Origin: a bacterium | GTDB taxonomy: Bacteria; Planctomycetota; Planctomycetia; Pirellulales; UBA1268 | Length of the DNA stretch: 64,000 nucleotides | NCBI GenBank assembly: GCA_029978085.1 | Contig: JAPOJV010000001.1 | Coordinates: 2,110-66,109 of the forward strand | Direction: 5' to 3' | In this document: in pieces, positions 26,166 to 35,309 of the stretch | How positions within the stretch are numbered: position 1 is the stretch's first letter | Layout: each line of letters starts with the position of its first letter | The notes under the pieces: generated by a model | Told to the model about the DNA's origin: nothing | Databases searched by the model: none | Seen by the model: only the letters and a program-made list of their open reading frames with translations | Program-made: the position numbers and the translations under genes

Positions 26166-27216
26166 AGGCAGCGGCCTCGGCCGCCGGATCCGCGGCCGCC
26201 GTGATCGCCGACGCCACCGCCACGCGGCGGATGCCGAGCGCGGCGAGCGATTCGAGCCGCTCGCGGGTTACGCCCCCGATCGCGAAGGCCGGCAGCGCGA
26301 TCTCCGTGGCCACCCGCGCGAGAAACTCCCGTGGCGCGAACTCGCCGAACGATTTCGTATGCGACGGGAAGCAGGGGCCGATGCCGAGGTAGTCGGCCCC
26401 CTCGTTCACCGCGGCCCGGGCCTCGGCATAGTCGTGGGCCGTGCGGCCGAGCAGCCGATCGGGGCCGATCACCCGCCGCACGAGCGGCGTCGCGAGGTCG
26501 TCGGCCCCCGTATGCACGCCATCCGCGTTGATCGCCGCCGCCACGTCGGCGCGGTCGTTCACGATCACGACCGCCGGCCGCTCGCGGTCACGTCGACGCG
26601 CGATCGCCACGGCCGCTGCGGCCCGGGCTGCCAGCGCCGGGACGGCCAGCGACTTGTCGCGAATCTGTAGCATCCGCACTCCCGCTTCGAGCAGCGATTC
26701 CACGAGCCTTTCAAACGCGGCCTGGTCGCCACGGCCGTCGACGAGCACGCAGAGCCTGACGCCTGCCAGCCGATCCCGCGATCGCACGGCCGCCGCCGCC
26801 GCCCGCTCGAGCGCATAGAGGCGATACCGAATCCGCTCGAACGCCGCCGCCGCCTCGGGCACGACCACGGCCACGCATTCCTCGAGGCTGCGCACGGCCT
26901 GCGTGCCGCGGGCGGCATTCGCGGCGACGAGATCGGCGACCGACGCCCGCGGCAGTGCCGCCGGCTTCGCCATGCCCGCGCCGACGTCGCCGCTCACGTC
27001 ACGCAGCGCGATCCGCGACTCGAGCCCCCGGTGCGCGAGGGCCGCGGCCAGTTCGTGCCGCAGCTGTTTGGCGAGGCTCGTGAGCGCGACGTCATCGAGC
27101 ACGAACCGGGCCACGTCTTCGAGCACGCGGATCGCCTCGGCCGCCCGGTTGGCCGAAGCATCGATCGCCCGCCACACGCCAGCCGCGCCTCCCTGCCCGT
27201 CTTCACTGGTCTGCAT
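26113..27216 (-). CDS. thiE: Thiamine-phosphate synthase with an N-terminal extension of about 150 aa
   Basis: C-terminal TIM barrel: MLQIRDKS, VIVNDRADVAAAINADGVHTGADD, GADYLGIGPCFPSHTK and FAIGGV. Confidence 0.82.
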   Translation of the reverse strand: MQTSEDGQGGAAGVWRAIDASANRAAEAIRVLEDVARFVLDDVALTSLAKQLRHELAAALAHRGLESRIALRDVSGDVGAGMAKPAALPRASVADLVAANAARGTQAVRSLEECVAVVVPEAAAAFERIRYRLYALERAAAAAVRSRDRLAGVRLCVLVDGRGDQAAFERLVESLLEAGVRMLQIRDKSLAVPALAARAAAAVAIARRRDRERPAVVIVNDRADVAAAINADGVHTGADDLATPLVRRVIGPDRLLGRTAHDYAEARAAVNEGADYLGIGPCFPSHTKSFGEFAPREFLARVATEIALPAFAIGGVTRERLESLAALGIRRVAVASAITAAADPAAEAAAFIERLAELDRSAADQST

Positions 27217-27461
27217 GATTTTCCTACCTGCCTTTTCTCGTGGCCCGAGTTGGAGCGGCTCGAGAGAGATTCACCGGCTCAGGGGCGGTACAAGTCTCGT
27301 CGCGGGACCTCGAGGACTCGGTCCAAATGCACCTCGTGCTTGCACCGACCCCCTCGCCTACCTTTTCTGACCTGCCACTATAAAGCCTGAAGAGATACGG
27401 GTTTGTGAAACGCGGTTCGGTTCCTAGACTCTGCCGCCCATCCGTCCCGTGAGCCGACGCT

Positions 27462-28067
27462 ATGCGTGCCGCCCGCTACCTCACCCTGCTCTGGCCGGGC
27501 CTGCCCTGGCTCTGGCTGCGGGGGAGTCTGCCCGGGCTCGTCGTCGCCGTCGGGTTCGCCCTCACGCTCGACGTCGCCGTGCTCACCACCTGGATCTGGT
27601 CGGACCTGATCGAACTGCCGGCGCGGCTCGCGGTGTGGGTGGCGACGGCGGTGATCTGGGGGCTCGCCACCGCCTCGGCGCTGTCGGCCTTTCCGCCGCC
27701 GCTCGCTGCGGGACGCGATGCCGAGTCGGACACGCTCTACGTGAAGGCCCGCAACGCCTATCTCGCCCACGACTGGCTCACCGCCGAAGCGACGCTGCGG
27801 ACGCTCCTCCAGCGGGATTCGACCGACGGCGAGGCCCAGCTGCTGCTCGGCACGCTGCTGCGTCGCGTGGGCCGGTTCGACGAGGCCCGGGCGGCACTCG
27901 ACCAGCTGTCCCATGCCGACTCCGGACGACTCTGGCAGTCCGCGATCGTCCGCGAACTGGCCCGCATCGACGCCGACAGCCGTGCGTCCGGCGACACGCC
28001 CGGGCCGGCGATTCTCTCCCTGCAGCCGCCGGCCGACGACGCCGGCCGCCACACAGCTGCCGCCTGA
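27462..28067 (+). CDS. Membrane-anchored TPR-repeat protein
   Basis: Three N-terminal hydrophobic segments followed by TPR-like helices (YVKARNAYLAHDWLTAEATLRTLLQRDSTDGEAQLLLGTLLRRVGRFDEA). Confidence 0.6.
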   Translation: MRAARYLTLLWPGLPWLWLRGSLPGLVVAVGFALTLDVAVLTTWIWSDLIELPARLAVWVATAVIWGLATASALSAFPPPLAAGRDAESDTLYVKARNAYLAHDWLTAEATLRTLLQRDSTDGEAQLLLGTLLRRVGRFDEARAALDQLSHADSGRLWQSAIVRELARIDADSRASGDTPGPAILSLQPPADDAGRHTAAA

Positions 28068-28378
28068 CCTGATCCTCGCGGCTGTCCGTCACCGGTTCGG
28101 GCTGGTCGCGAGGCCACGGAATCCGGGGTTTTCGCCGCGCTGCGACGTCCGCCACAGACATTCCGGCCGTGCCCCCCTAGAATTCGCTGTCCCGTCTGCG
28201 AGGGCCTGCCCCAAACCGGAGTCGGAAGCGAACGATTTCCGTTGAGTTGGCGTAGGGTTTGCAGAGGAGAGGGAAGAGAGGCGGGGGCTGCCGAAATGGC
28301 CCCCGCCGCGACTCCGCAGAGAGACAGCCCGAACGAACAGGCAGAACGGACCGACAGCCGGGAAGGAAATCAGAGCCC

Positions 28379-30922
28379 ATGTACGAGCGTTTCACCGACC
28401 GCGCCCGCAAGGTGATGCAGCTGGCCAATCAGGAGGCCCAGCGGTTCAACCATGAATACATCGGCACCGAGCATGTGCTGCTCGGGCTGATCAAAGAGGG
28501 CAGCGGCGTCGCCGCCAACGTGCTCAAGAACCTCGACATCGACCTGCGGAAGATCCGCATGGAGGTGGAGAAGCTCGTGCAGAGCGGCCCCGACATGGTG
28601 ACGATGGGCAAGCTCCCGCAGACGCCCCGGGCCAAGAAGGTGATCGAGTATTCGATGGAGGAGGCCCGCAACCTCAACCACAATTACGTCGGCACCGAGC
28701 ACATCCTCCTCGGCCTGCTCCGCGAGCAGGAAGGGGTGGCGGCCCAGGTGCTGATGAACCTCGGCCTCAAGCTCGAGGACGTCCGCGAGGAGGTGCTCAA
28801 CCTGCTCGGCCACGGCATGGAGGGCGAGGGCAGCGAGCGGGCCGGGATGGGCGGCCGGCAGCCAGCCGGTGCCGGCGGCGGTGGCGGCGAGGGCAGCCCG
28901 AAGAGCGGCAAGAGCAAGACCCCGGCGCTCGACAGCTTCGGCCGCGACCTCACGGAACTGGCCCGCCAGGGCAAGCTCGACCCCGTGATCGGCCGCGAGA
29001 AGGAGATCGAGCGGGCCGTGCAGATTCTCTGCCGCCGCACGAAGAACAACCCCGTGCTCCTCGGTGAGGCGGGCGTGGGCAAGACGGCGATCGTAGAGGG
29101 CTTCGCCCAGCGGGTGGTCGACGGCAACGTGCCCGAAATCCTCGCCGACCGGCGGATCGTGGTGCTCGACCTGGCGATGATGGTCGCCGGCACAAAGTAC
29201 CGCGGCCAGTTCGAGGAGCGGATCAAGGCGGTGATGAACGAGGTTCGCCGCGCGAAGAACACGATCCTGTTCATCGACGAGCTGCACACGCTCGTGGGCG
29301 CCGGCGGCGCGGAAGGGGCGATCGACGCCTCCAACGTGCTCAAGCCGGCCCTCGCCCGCGGTGAGATCCAGTGCATCGGTGCCACCACGCTCGATGAATA
29401 CCGCAAGTACATCGAGAAGGACTCGGCGCTCGACCGCAGGTTCCAGATCATCATGGTGGAGCCAGCCACGAAGGACGAGGCGGTGGAGATCCTCAAGGGG
29501 CTTCGCGACCGCTACGAGAGCCACCACCGCGTGAGCATCTCCGACGCCGCCCTCGAGGCCGCGGTCGATCTCTCCAGCCGTTACATCACCGGCCGCTGCC
29601 TCCCCGACAAGGCGATCGACGTGATCGACGAGGCGGGCGCCCGCGTGCGGCTCAAGGCGATGACGAAGCCGCCAGATCTGAAGGAGATCGACGAGGAAGT
29701 CGAGCGGCTCAACAAGGAGAAGGAAGAGGCGGTCGCCAACCAGGATTTCGAGAAGGCGGCGGCGCTCCGCGACCAGGCCGACAAGCTCAAGAAGAAGAAG
29801 CAGGCCATGACCCGCGACTGGCGCGACAAGTCGCGCGAGACCGACGGCGTGGTCGACGAGGAGGTCGTGGCCGAGGTCGTCTCCAAGATGACGGGCATCC
29901 CGCTCACGCGGATGTCCACCGAAGACCAGGCCCGGCTCATGGGCATGGAAGGGGAACTGCACAAGAAGGTCATCGGCCAGGATGCCGCGATCAAGAGCGT
30001 GTCGAAGGCGGTTCGTCGCAGCCGCTCCGGGCTCAAGGATCCGAAGCGACCGATCGGCTCGTTCGTGTTCGCCGGCCCGACGGGCGTGGGCAAGACCTTG
30101 CTCGCGAAGGCGCTTGCCCAGTTCATGTTCGGCGACGCCGACGCGCTCATTCAGATCGACATGAGCGAATACATGGAGAAGCACAACGTCAGCCGGCTCA
30201 TCGGTGCGCCGCCGGGCTACGTGGGCTTCGAGGAAGGTGGGCAGCTGACGGAGAAAATCCGCCGCCGCCCCTACGCCGTGGTATTGCTGGACGAGATCGA
30301 GAAGGCTCATCCCGACGTCTTCAACATGCTGCTCCAGGTGATGGAGGAGGGACGGCTCACCGACTCGTTCGGTCGCAACGTCGATTTCCGCAACACGATC
30401 ATCATCATGACGACGAACGCGGGCGCCGAGGCGATCAAGAACGAGGCCGCCTTCGGCTTCCAGAAGCCAGACGACGATGCCAGCTACGAGGGCATGAAGG
30501 GCCGCGTAAACGAGCGGATCGAGAAGGTCTTCCGTCCGGAGTTCCTCAACCGGCTCGACGACGTGATCGTGTTCCACCACCTCACCGTCGATGACCTCAA
30601 GCAGGTGATCGACATCGAACTGGCGAAGGTGCGCGAGCGGCTCGGCGAGCGCGGTCTGAAGCTCGAACTCACCGACGAAGCGAAGAAGTTCCTCATCAAG
30701 AAGGGCTCCGACACCGACTTCGGTGCCCGCCCGCTGCGTCGGGCCCTCGAGAACTTCATCGAGGATCCCGTGAGCGAGGAACTCCTCAAGGGCGAGTTCG
30801 AGGGCAAGGACACGATTCAGGTCGACTGCATCGAGGTTGCCGGCAAGAAGCAGCTCTCGTTCAAGGGCCTGGTGACGGCCGAACCGGTCGCCGCCGGCCC
30901 GGCAGAAGGCTCGGCCTCCTGA
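28379..30922 (+). CDS. clpC: ATP-dependent Clp protease ATP-binding subunit ClpC
   Basis: ORF 28259..30922 trimmed to ATG 28379. Clp-N repeats ([33 protein letters not shown]), Walker A motifs [13 protein letters not shown] and [15 protein letters not shown], and a UVR-like middle domain. Confidence 0.93.
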   Translation: MYERFTDRARKVMQLANQEAQRFNHEYIGTEHVLLGLIKEGSGVAANVLKNLDIDLRKIRMEVEKLVQSGPDMVTMGKLPQTPRAKKVIEYSMEEARNLNHNYVGTEHILLGLLREQEGVAAQVLMNLGLKLEDVREEVLNLLGHGMEGEGSERAGMGGRQPAGAGGGGGEGSPKSGKSKTPALDSFGRDLTELARQGKLDPVIGREKEIERAVQILCRRTKNNPVLLGEAGVGKTAIVEGFAQRVVDGNVPEILADRRIVVLDLAMMVAGTKYRGQFEERIKAVMNEVRRAKNTILFIDELHTLVGAGGAEGAIDASNVLKPALARGEIQCIGATTLDEYRKYIEKDSALDRRFQIIMVEPATKDEAVEILKGLRDRYESHHRVSISDAALEAAVDLSSRYITGRCLPDKAIDVIDEAGARVRLKAMTKPPDLKEIDEEVERLNKEKEEAVANQDFEKAAALRDQADKLKKKKQAMTRDWRDKSRETDGVVDEEVVAEVVSKMTGIPLTRMSTEDQARLMGMEGELHKKVIGQDAAIKSVSKAVRRSRSGLKDPKRPIGSFVFAGPTGVGKTLLAKALAQFMFGDADALIQIDMSEYMEKHNVSRLIGAPPGYVGFEEGGQLTEKIRRRPYAVVLLDEIEKAHPDVFNMLLQVMEEGRLTDSFGRNVDFRNTIIIMTTNAGAEAIKNEAAFGFQKPDDDASYEGMKGRVNERIEKVFRPEFLNRLDDVIVFHHLTVDDLKQVIDIELAKVRERLGERGLKLELTDEAKKFLIKKGSDTDFGARPLRRALENFIEDPVSEELLKGEFEGKDTIQVDCIEVAGKKQLSFKGLVTAEPVAAGPAEGSAS

Positions 30923-30930
30923 CGGGCTAG

Positions 30931-31087
30931 GGTAGCCCGGTCACGGTAGCCCGGTCACGGTAGCCCGGTCACGGTAGCCCGGTCACGCCGTGACCGGAAA
31001 GCCTGTCACGGCGTGACAGGACCACACCGGAAAGTCTGTCACGGCGTGATAAACCCACTTGAGCCCGTCACGGAGTGACGGGCCTAC
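30931..31087. repeat. REP-like cluster 1: four tandem 14-mers GGTAGCCCGGTCAC followed by four palindromes
   Basis: Tandem units at 30931, 30945, 30959 and 30973. Palindromes: CCGGTCACGCCGTGACCGG (30979-30997), CTGTCACGGCGTGACAG (31003-31019), a degenerate copy (31036-31050), and GCCCGTCACGGAGTGACGGGC (31063-31083) followed by CTAC. Confidence 0.9.
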
Positions 31088-31210
31088 GACCGGGCAATCC
31101 GGGCAACCCCTACCGATTCCTCCGGAGGTGCCGCAGGAATCGGCCCCGAGCGTCGATCCTCCCTCCGGGCGGTGTCTCTACCGCCATTCCTCGAGGCGGA
31201 GGGAAACCGG

Positions 31211-32083
31211 ATGGCGATGCACGCGGGCGGACTGGGGATCCACGTGGCGGAACTGCCTGCAGCGGCCCGGCCGCGGCCGGCGCTGTTTCGGGCGCTCGGG
31301 AAGCACGAGCCCCCGCGCACGATCCGGATGCAGGGGGAGTCGTTTCACCGGCAGGAAACCCTCAAGCACGATTCCTGGGCCGCATCCGCCGTCTACGCCT
31401 CCGCGACGCGCAAGGCGATCTGCAAGTTCAACCGCCGCCAGCCGATCCTCGTGATCCCGATGGCCTGGCTGGGCCGGTTGCTCGCCCGACGTGAAGAGCG
31501 GTTCATGGAACGGCTCGCGGGCATCGACGGCATCCCGGTGTCGCTCGGCGCGGTGGAGGTGGAGGGTCGCCGGCTCACCAATGCGGTGGCCCACGAGTGG
31601 ATCGAGGGGCATGCGCTCGCGGAAGAAGAGCGGGTAAACGACCAGTTCTTCCCGCGTCTTGCCGCGCTTTTGGCGGAGGCCCATCGCCGCGGCGTGGCCC
31701 ACGTCGATCTCCACAAGCGTGAGAACATCCTCGTCGACGACGACGGACGGCCGCACCTGATCGACTTCCAGATCTCGTTCGCCCTGCCGCGGTCGAACCG
31801 GCTCGTGGCCGGCCTCTGCGGCGGCCTGCTTCGGCTCCTGCAGCGGTGCGACGACTACCACCTGCTCAAGCACCGGCTGCGGCATCGCCCCGACCAGATC
31901 TCGGCCACCGCCGCCGACCTCGAGCAACTCCGGCCCTGGTGGATCCGGGCCCACCGCTGCGTGGCGGTGCCCTTCCGCAGGGTTCGTCGTGGGCTGCTCA
32001 CGATGCTCAGAATCCGGTCGCGGGGCGGTCACGCCCACACCGAGGCCTTCCCCGAGATCGCCCACCGCCGCGTCGCGGCCTGA
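31211..32083 (+). CDS. Protein-kinase-like fold protein (Kdo/WaaP/RIO-type)
   Basis: ORF 31172..32083; start chosen at ATG 31211. GVAHVDLHKRENILVDDDGRPHLIDFQ resembles the catalytic loop and DFx of the lipopolysaccharide-kinase family. Confidence 0.55.
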   Translation: MAMHAGGLGIHVAELPAAARPRPALFRALGKHEPPRTIRMQGESFHRQETLKHDSWAASAVYASATRKAICKFNRRQPILVIPMAWLGRLLARREERFMERLAGIDGIPVSLGAVEVEGRRLTNAVAHEWIEGHALAEEERVNDQFFPRLAALLAEAHRRGVAHVDLHKRENILVDDDGRPHLIDFQISFALPRSNRLVAGLCGGLLRLLQRCDDYHLLKHRLRHRPDQISATAADLEQLRPWWIRAHRCVAVPFRRVRRGLLTMLRIRSRGGHAHTEAFPEIAHRRVAA

Positions 32084-32127
32084 CCGCGCCATTCTGCTAC
32101 GGCCGATCTGGACTCGGGCTGCCTGCC

Positions 32128-32252
32128 GTAGGCCCGTTGCTCCGCAACGGGCAAGCAAGTGGCCCGGTCACGCCGTGACCGGAGAAACAGCCCGTCACGG
32201 AGTGACGGGCCTCCGACCGGCATGCCTGTCACGGCGTGACAGGACCACCTAC
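32128..32252. repeat. REP-like cluster 2: four palindromes with GTAG/GTGG heads
   Basis: GTAG followed by GCCCGTTGCTCCGCAACGGGC (32132-32152). GTGG followed by CCGGTCACGCCGTGACCGG (32164-32182). GCCCGTCACGGAGTGACGGGC (32190-32210). CCTGTCACGGCGTGACAGG (32225-32243) followed by CTAC (32249-32252). Confidence 0.9.
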
Positions 32253-32320
32253 CACGCAGCTTGCCTAGATTGCCGCCGTAGCACAGAGACGTTGTAGTCG
32301 GCTCAAGCTGCCCGACCGGC

Positions 32321-33253
32321 ATGGCCGATACGACCGGCAGGGTGTGGTGCGCCTCCACTGCGCACGCCCTCTCGGACACGCTCGCCATGGCCAGTTCACC
32401 CGCCACCGCCGCCCCGCAGTCCGCCGTCAACGGCTGGCTCGCCGGGATGGTCGCCAACCTCGGCAGCTTCGCGATGTCGAGCGTGGCCGGCATCGGCGAC
32501 GTGGCGATCTTCACGCTCCAGACGTTCGGCTGGATGTTCGCCAGGCGGCAGCGGCGCGACGTGCTCCTCCCGAGCTTCTACCAGATCGGCGTGATGTCGC
32601 TGCCGGTGGTCGCGCTCACGGGGCTCTTTATCGGCATGGTGCTCGCCGTGCAGAGCTACGCCCAGTTCAAGGCGCTCGGCCTCGAGACCCGGCTCGGCTC
32701 CGTGATCAACCTCTCGCTCGTCCGCGAGCTCGGCCCGGTACTCGCGGCCACGATGCTCGCCGGCCGCGTCGGCAGCGCGATGGCCGCCGAGCTGGGCACG
32801 ATGCGGGTGACCGAGCAGATCGATGCGCTCGAGAGCATGGGGGCCAACCCCATCTATTACCTGGTCGTGCCCCGGTTCCTCGGCTGCCTCGTGCTCATCC
32901 CGTCGCTCACGGTGATGGCCGACTTCATGGGTGTGCTCGGCGGCTATCTCTACTCGCATGTGCTGCTCGGGATCGACTACCACCACTATTGGGAAAACTC
33001 CCGGGCCTACGTCGATGCCTTCGACTTCCTGATGGGCATCTTCAAGAGCTTTTTCTTCGGCGCGGCGATCGCCCTGGTGAGCTGCCACCACGGCTTTCAC
33101 TGCACGCCCGGCGCCGAGGGCGTGGGACGGGCTGCTACCAATGCCTTCGTCCACTCGTTCGTCCTGATTCTCGTGCTCGATCTGTTCCTCGGGATCGGGC
33201 TCAACAATTTCCACGACTTCTTCCGGCCCGAAGGTCCCCGCAAGCTGCTCTGA
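32321..33253 (+). CDS. mlaE: MlaE-like ABC transporter permease (start uncertain)
   Basis: [45 protein letters not shown] is the MlaE/YrbE signature. Possible internal starts at 32387 or later. Confidence 0.85.
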   Translation: MADTTGRVWCASTAHALSDTLAMASSPATAAPQSAVNGWLAGMVANLGSFAMSSVAGIGDVAIFTLQTFGWMFARRQRRDVLLPSFYQIGVMSLPVVALTGLFIGMVLAVQSYAQFKALGLETRLGSVINLSLVRELGPVLAATMLAGRVGSAMAAELGTMRVTEQIDALESMGANPIYYLVVPRFLGCLVLIPSLTVMADFMGVLGGYLYSHVLLGIDYHHYWENSRAYVDAFDFLMGIFKSFFFGAAIALVSCHHGFHCTPGAEGVGRAATNAFVHSFVLILVLDLFLGIGLNNFHDFFRPEGPRKLL

Positions 33254-33271
33254 CCCGCGAGCCACCATCCC

Positions 33272-34198
33272 ATGCCCGCTACCGCTCCCGCCACCTCCCG
33301 AGCCAATGCCGAGTCCGACCCGCCGGTCCTGCGGGTCGATGGGCTCGGCGTGCGGTTCGGCAGCCAGCAGGTACTCCGCGACATCTCGCTCGACCTGGAT
33401 GCCGGGCAGACGCTCGTTGTGCTCGGGGAGAGCGGCTGCGGCAAGACGGTGCTGCTCAAGACGATGATCGGTCTCGTGCGGCCGACCGCGGGCGATGTCG
33501 CCTTCGAGGGGCGATCGCTGTCGCGAATGAACGACCGCCAACTCGCCCACCTGCGCACGAAATACGGCTTCGTGTTCCAGGGGGCTGCCCTCTTCGACAG
33601 CTACACGATCGCCGACAACATCGCCTTTCCGCTCCGCGAGCACACGCGGCTCTCCGAGCACGAGATCGCAGAGATCGTGGGCACGCTGGTCGACGAGGTG
33701 GGGCTACCGCGCACGGTGCTGTTGAAAAAGCCGGTGCAGCTCTCGGGGGGCATGCGGAAGCGGGCGGGCCTCGCCCGGGCGCTGGCCCTCGATCCCCAAC
33801 TCGTCCTCTACGACGAACCGACCACCGGCCTCGACCCGATCATGACCGATGTGATCAACGAGCTGATCCTCCGGGTGCGAGAGCGGCCGCGGGTGACGAG
33901 CGTGGTTGTCACGCACGACATGTCGACGGCCCGCAAGGTGGCCGACCGGATCATCATGCTCTACCCGCTCTTTCGACTGCGGCCCGACGAGCCGCAGATC
34001 GTGTTCGACGGCACGCCTGCGGACCTCGACCGCAGCCGCGACCCACGGGTTCGCCAGTTCATCGAGGGGCGGGCCGGGAACCGGCTGACCGAGTTGCTCG
34101 AGGAGCAGGGTCTGACCGAACGTGGCCGGCCCACTGCCACTGATGGTGGAGCGGTCACCGACGACGAGACGACTGACGACGAGGAGGAGACGACGTGA
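33272..34198 (+). CDS. mlaF: MlaF-like ABC transporter ATP-binding protein with an acidic C-terminal tail
   Basis: Walker A GESGCGKT, signature LSGGMRKRAGLARAL, Walker B LVLYDEPTTGLD. Confidence 0.88.
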   Translation: MPATAPATSRANAESDPPVLRVDGLGVRFGSQQVLRDISLDLDAGQTLVVLGESGCGKTVLLKTMIGLVRPTAGDVAFEGRSLSRMNDRQLAHLRTKYGFVFQGAALFDSYTIADNIAFPLREHTRLSEHEIAEIVGTLVDEVGLPRTVLLKKPVQLSGGMRKRAGLARALALDPQLVLYDEPTTGLDPIMTDVINELILRVRERPRVTSVVVTHDMSTARKVADRIIMLYPLFRLRPDEPQIVFDGTPADLDRSRDPRVRQFIEGRAGNRLTELLEEQGLTERGRPTATDGGAVTDDETTDDEEETT

Positions 34199-35262
34199 AC
34201 GACCGCATGATGCAGTTTCGCGTGGGTGTGGTGGTACTGGCGACAGCCATCATCGCCGGCATCCTGATCGTGCTCTTCGGCGACCTGCCGTCGCTCGTAC
34301 AGGCGACCTATCCGCTCAAGATGAGCTTCGCCGACGCCCGCGGCGTGTCGAACGGCACGCCTGTGCGGAAGAACGGCATCCTCGTCGGCCGGGTGGCCGA
34401 CGTGGAGCTCGACGAAAGAGGGGGCGTGAGCGTCGTGGCCGACATCGACTCCTACGTGCCGATCTACAAGGACGAGCAGCCACGGATCGCCACGACGCTG
34501 CTCGGTGACGCCGAGATCCAGCTCGTTCCGGGCCGGGTCGTGCCGCCACGGCAACGGATCGCTCCAGAGGAGGTGCTCGTGGGGGCCGTCTCCCGCGATC
34601 CCTTCGAGGTCTTCGCCACGCTGGAGCCGAAGCTCGGCTCGGCCCTCGAATCGCTCACGCAGGCGAGCGAGTCGGTGACAAAGCTCTCGGCCAACCTCGA
34701 CCGGCTCCTGCTCGGCGAAGACGACACGTTCGCCAAGATGGTGGCGAAGACGGAGAAGGCCCTCGACGCCTTCAGCCTGGCGATGGACAACATCAACGAC
34801 GTGATGGGCGACGCCAACGCCCGAGCGAAACTGAAGGAGACGCTCAACGGCCTGCCGGAGGTGATGAATGACCTCCGCACCACCGTGCAGGGCATCGGCA
34901 CGACGGTGGACACGGCCGATCGCAACCTGCGGAACCTCGAGGGGCTCACCCGCCCGCTCGGCGAGCGGGGCGAGGGGATGGTGGCCCAGGTCGACAAGAC
35001 GATCGGCCGGCTCGATGAGGTGCTCCAGCAGGCCGTCTTCTTCACCAGGGCACTCAACGAGTCGGAAGGCACGCTCGGCAAGCTCGTCCGCGACCCGAAG
35101 GTCTACGACGACCTCGCCCAGGCAGCCGCCAACGTCAACAACCTCACGAAGGAACTCCGGCCGATCGTGGACGACGTTCGCGTGTTCACCGACAAGATCG
35201 CCCGCCATCCCGAGCAGCTCGGCGTCCGCGGCGCGCTCGACCGCCGCCCCGGGCTGAAGTAG
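34195..35262 (+). CDS. mlaD: MlaD-like MCE-domain substrate-binding protein
   Basis: N-terminal TM segment and MCE core (GVSNGTPVRKNGILVGRVADVEL), long helical C-terminus. 4-nt overlap with mlaF. Confidence 0.8.
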   Translation: MNDRMMQFRVGVVVLATAIIAGILIVLFGDLPSLVQATYPLKMSFADARGVSNGTPVRKNGILVGRVADVELDERGGVSVVADIDSYVPIYKDEQPRIATTLLGDAEIQLVPGRVVPPRQRIAPEEVLVGAVSRDPFEVFATLEPKLGSALESLTQASESVTKLSANLDRLLLGEDDTFAKMVAKTEKALDAFSLAMDNINDVMGDANARAKLKETLNGLPEVMNDLRTTVQGIGTTVDTADRNLRNLEGLTRPLGERGEGMVAQVDKTIGRLDEVLQQAVFFTRALNESEGTLGKLVRDPKVYDDLAQAAANVNNLTKELRPIVDDVRVFTDKIARHPEQLGVRGALDRRPGLK

Positions 35263-35305
35263 GCCCGTCAAGCCACGCAAACCGGTCACGGCGTGGCCGG
35301 GCTAC
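35259..35305. repeat. REP-like cluster 3 (degenerate forward unit plus inverted unit)
   Basis: The GTAG at 35259-35262 contains the mlaD TAG stop. CCGGTCACGGCGTGGCCGG (35282-35300, one mismatch) is followed by CTAC (35302-35305). Confidence 0.75.
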
Positions 35306-35309
35306 CCGT

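Noticed and set aside
27217-27420. Possible TPP riboswitch upstream of thiE (minus strand)
   Set aside because: I read the reverse complement and found only a CTGAG and a GGGGTCGGTGC. The conserved ACCTGATCTGGATAATGCCAGCG-type core is absent. The duplicated purine-rich motif AGAAAAGG(CA)GGTAGG (two copies) is noted, but I cannot interpret it as a known element.
28259-28378. N-terminally extended ORF starts offered by the track (for example clpC from 28259, ABC exporter from 38778, cphA to 38090, nuoG from 6356, oxidoreductases to 47343 and 59387)
   Set aside because: The extensions are Arg/Gly/Pro-rich and overlap upstream genes or repeats. Internal ATG or GTG codons give N-termini that match the family (Clp-N, CphA N-terminus, Tat signals) and often have SD-like GGAG or start/stop coupling.
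28370-30580. 736-aa minus-strand ORF antisense to clpC
   Set aside because: clpC has two intact AAA+ modules on the plus strand, and the antisense product lacks any motif.
30931-30986. Tandem 14-mers as a CRISPR array
   Set aside because: The period is 14 bp with no spacers, there are no cas genes, and the units are the head and left arm of the REP-like palindrome.
32344-34143. 599-aa plus-strand ORF in an alternative frame over mlaE/mlaF
   Set aside because: The product is an Arg/Pro/Ala-rich string, while the other frames give clean MlaE and ABC ATPase signatures.
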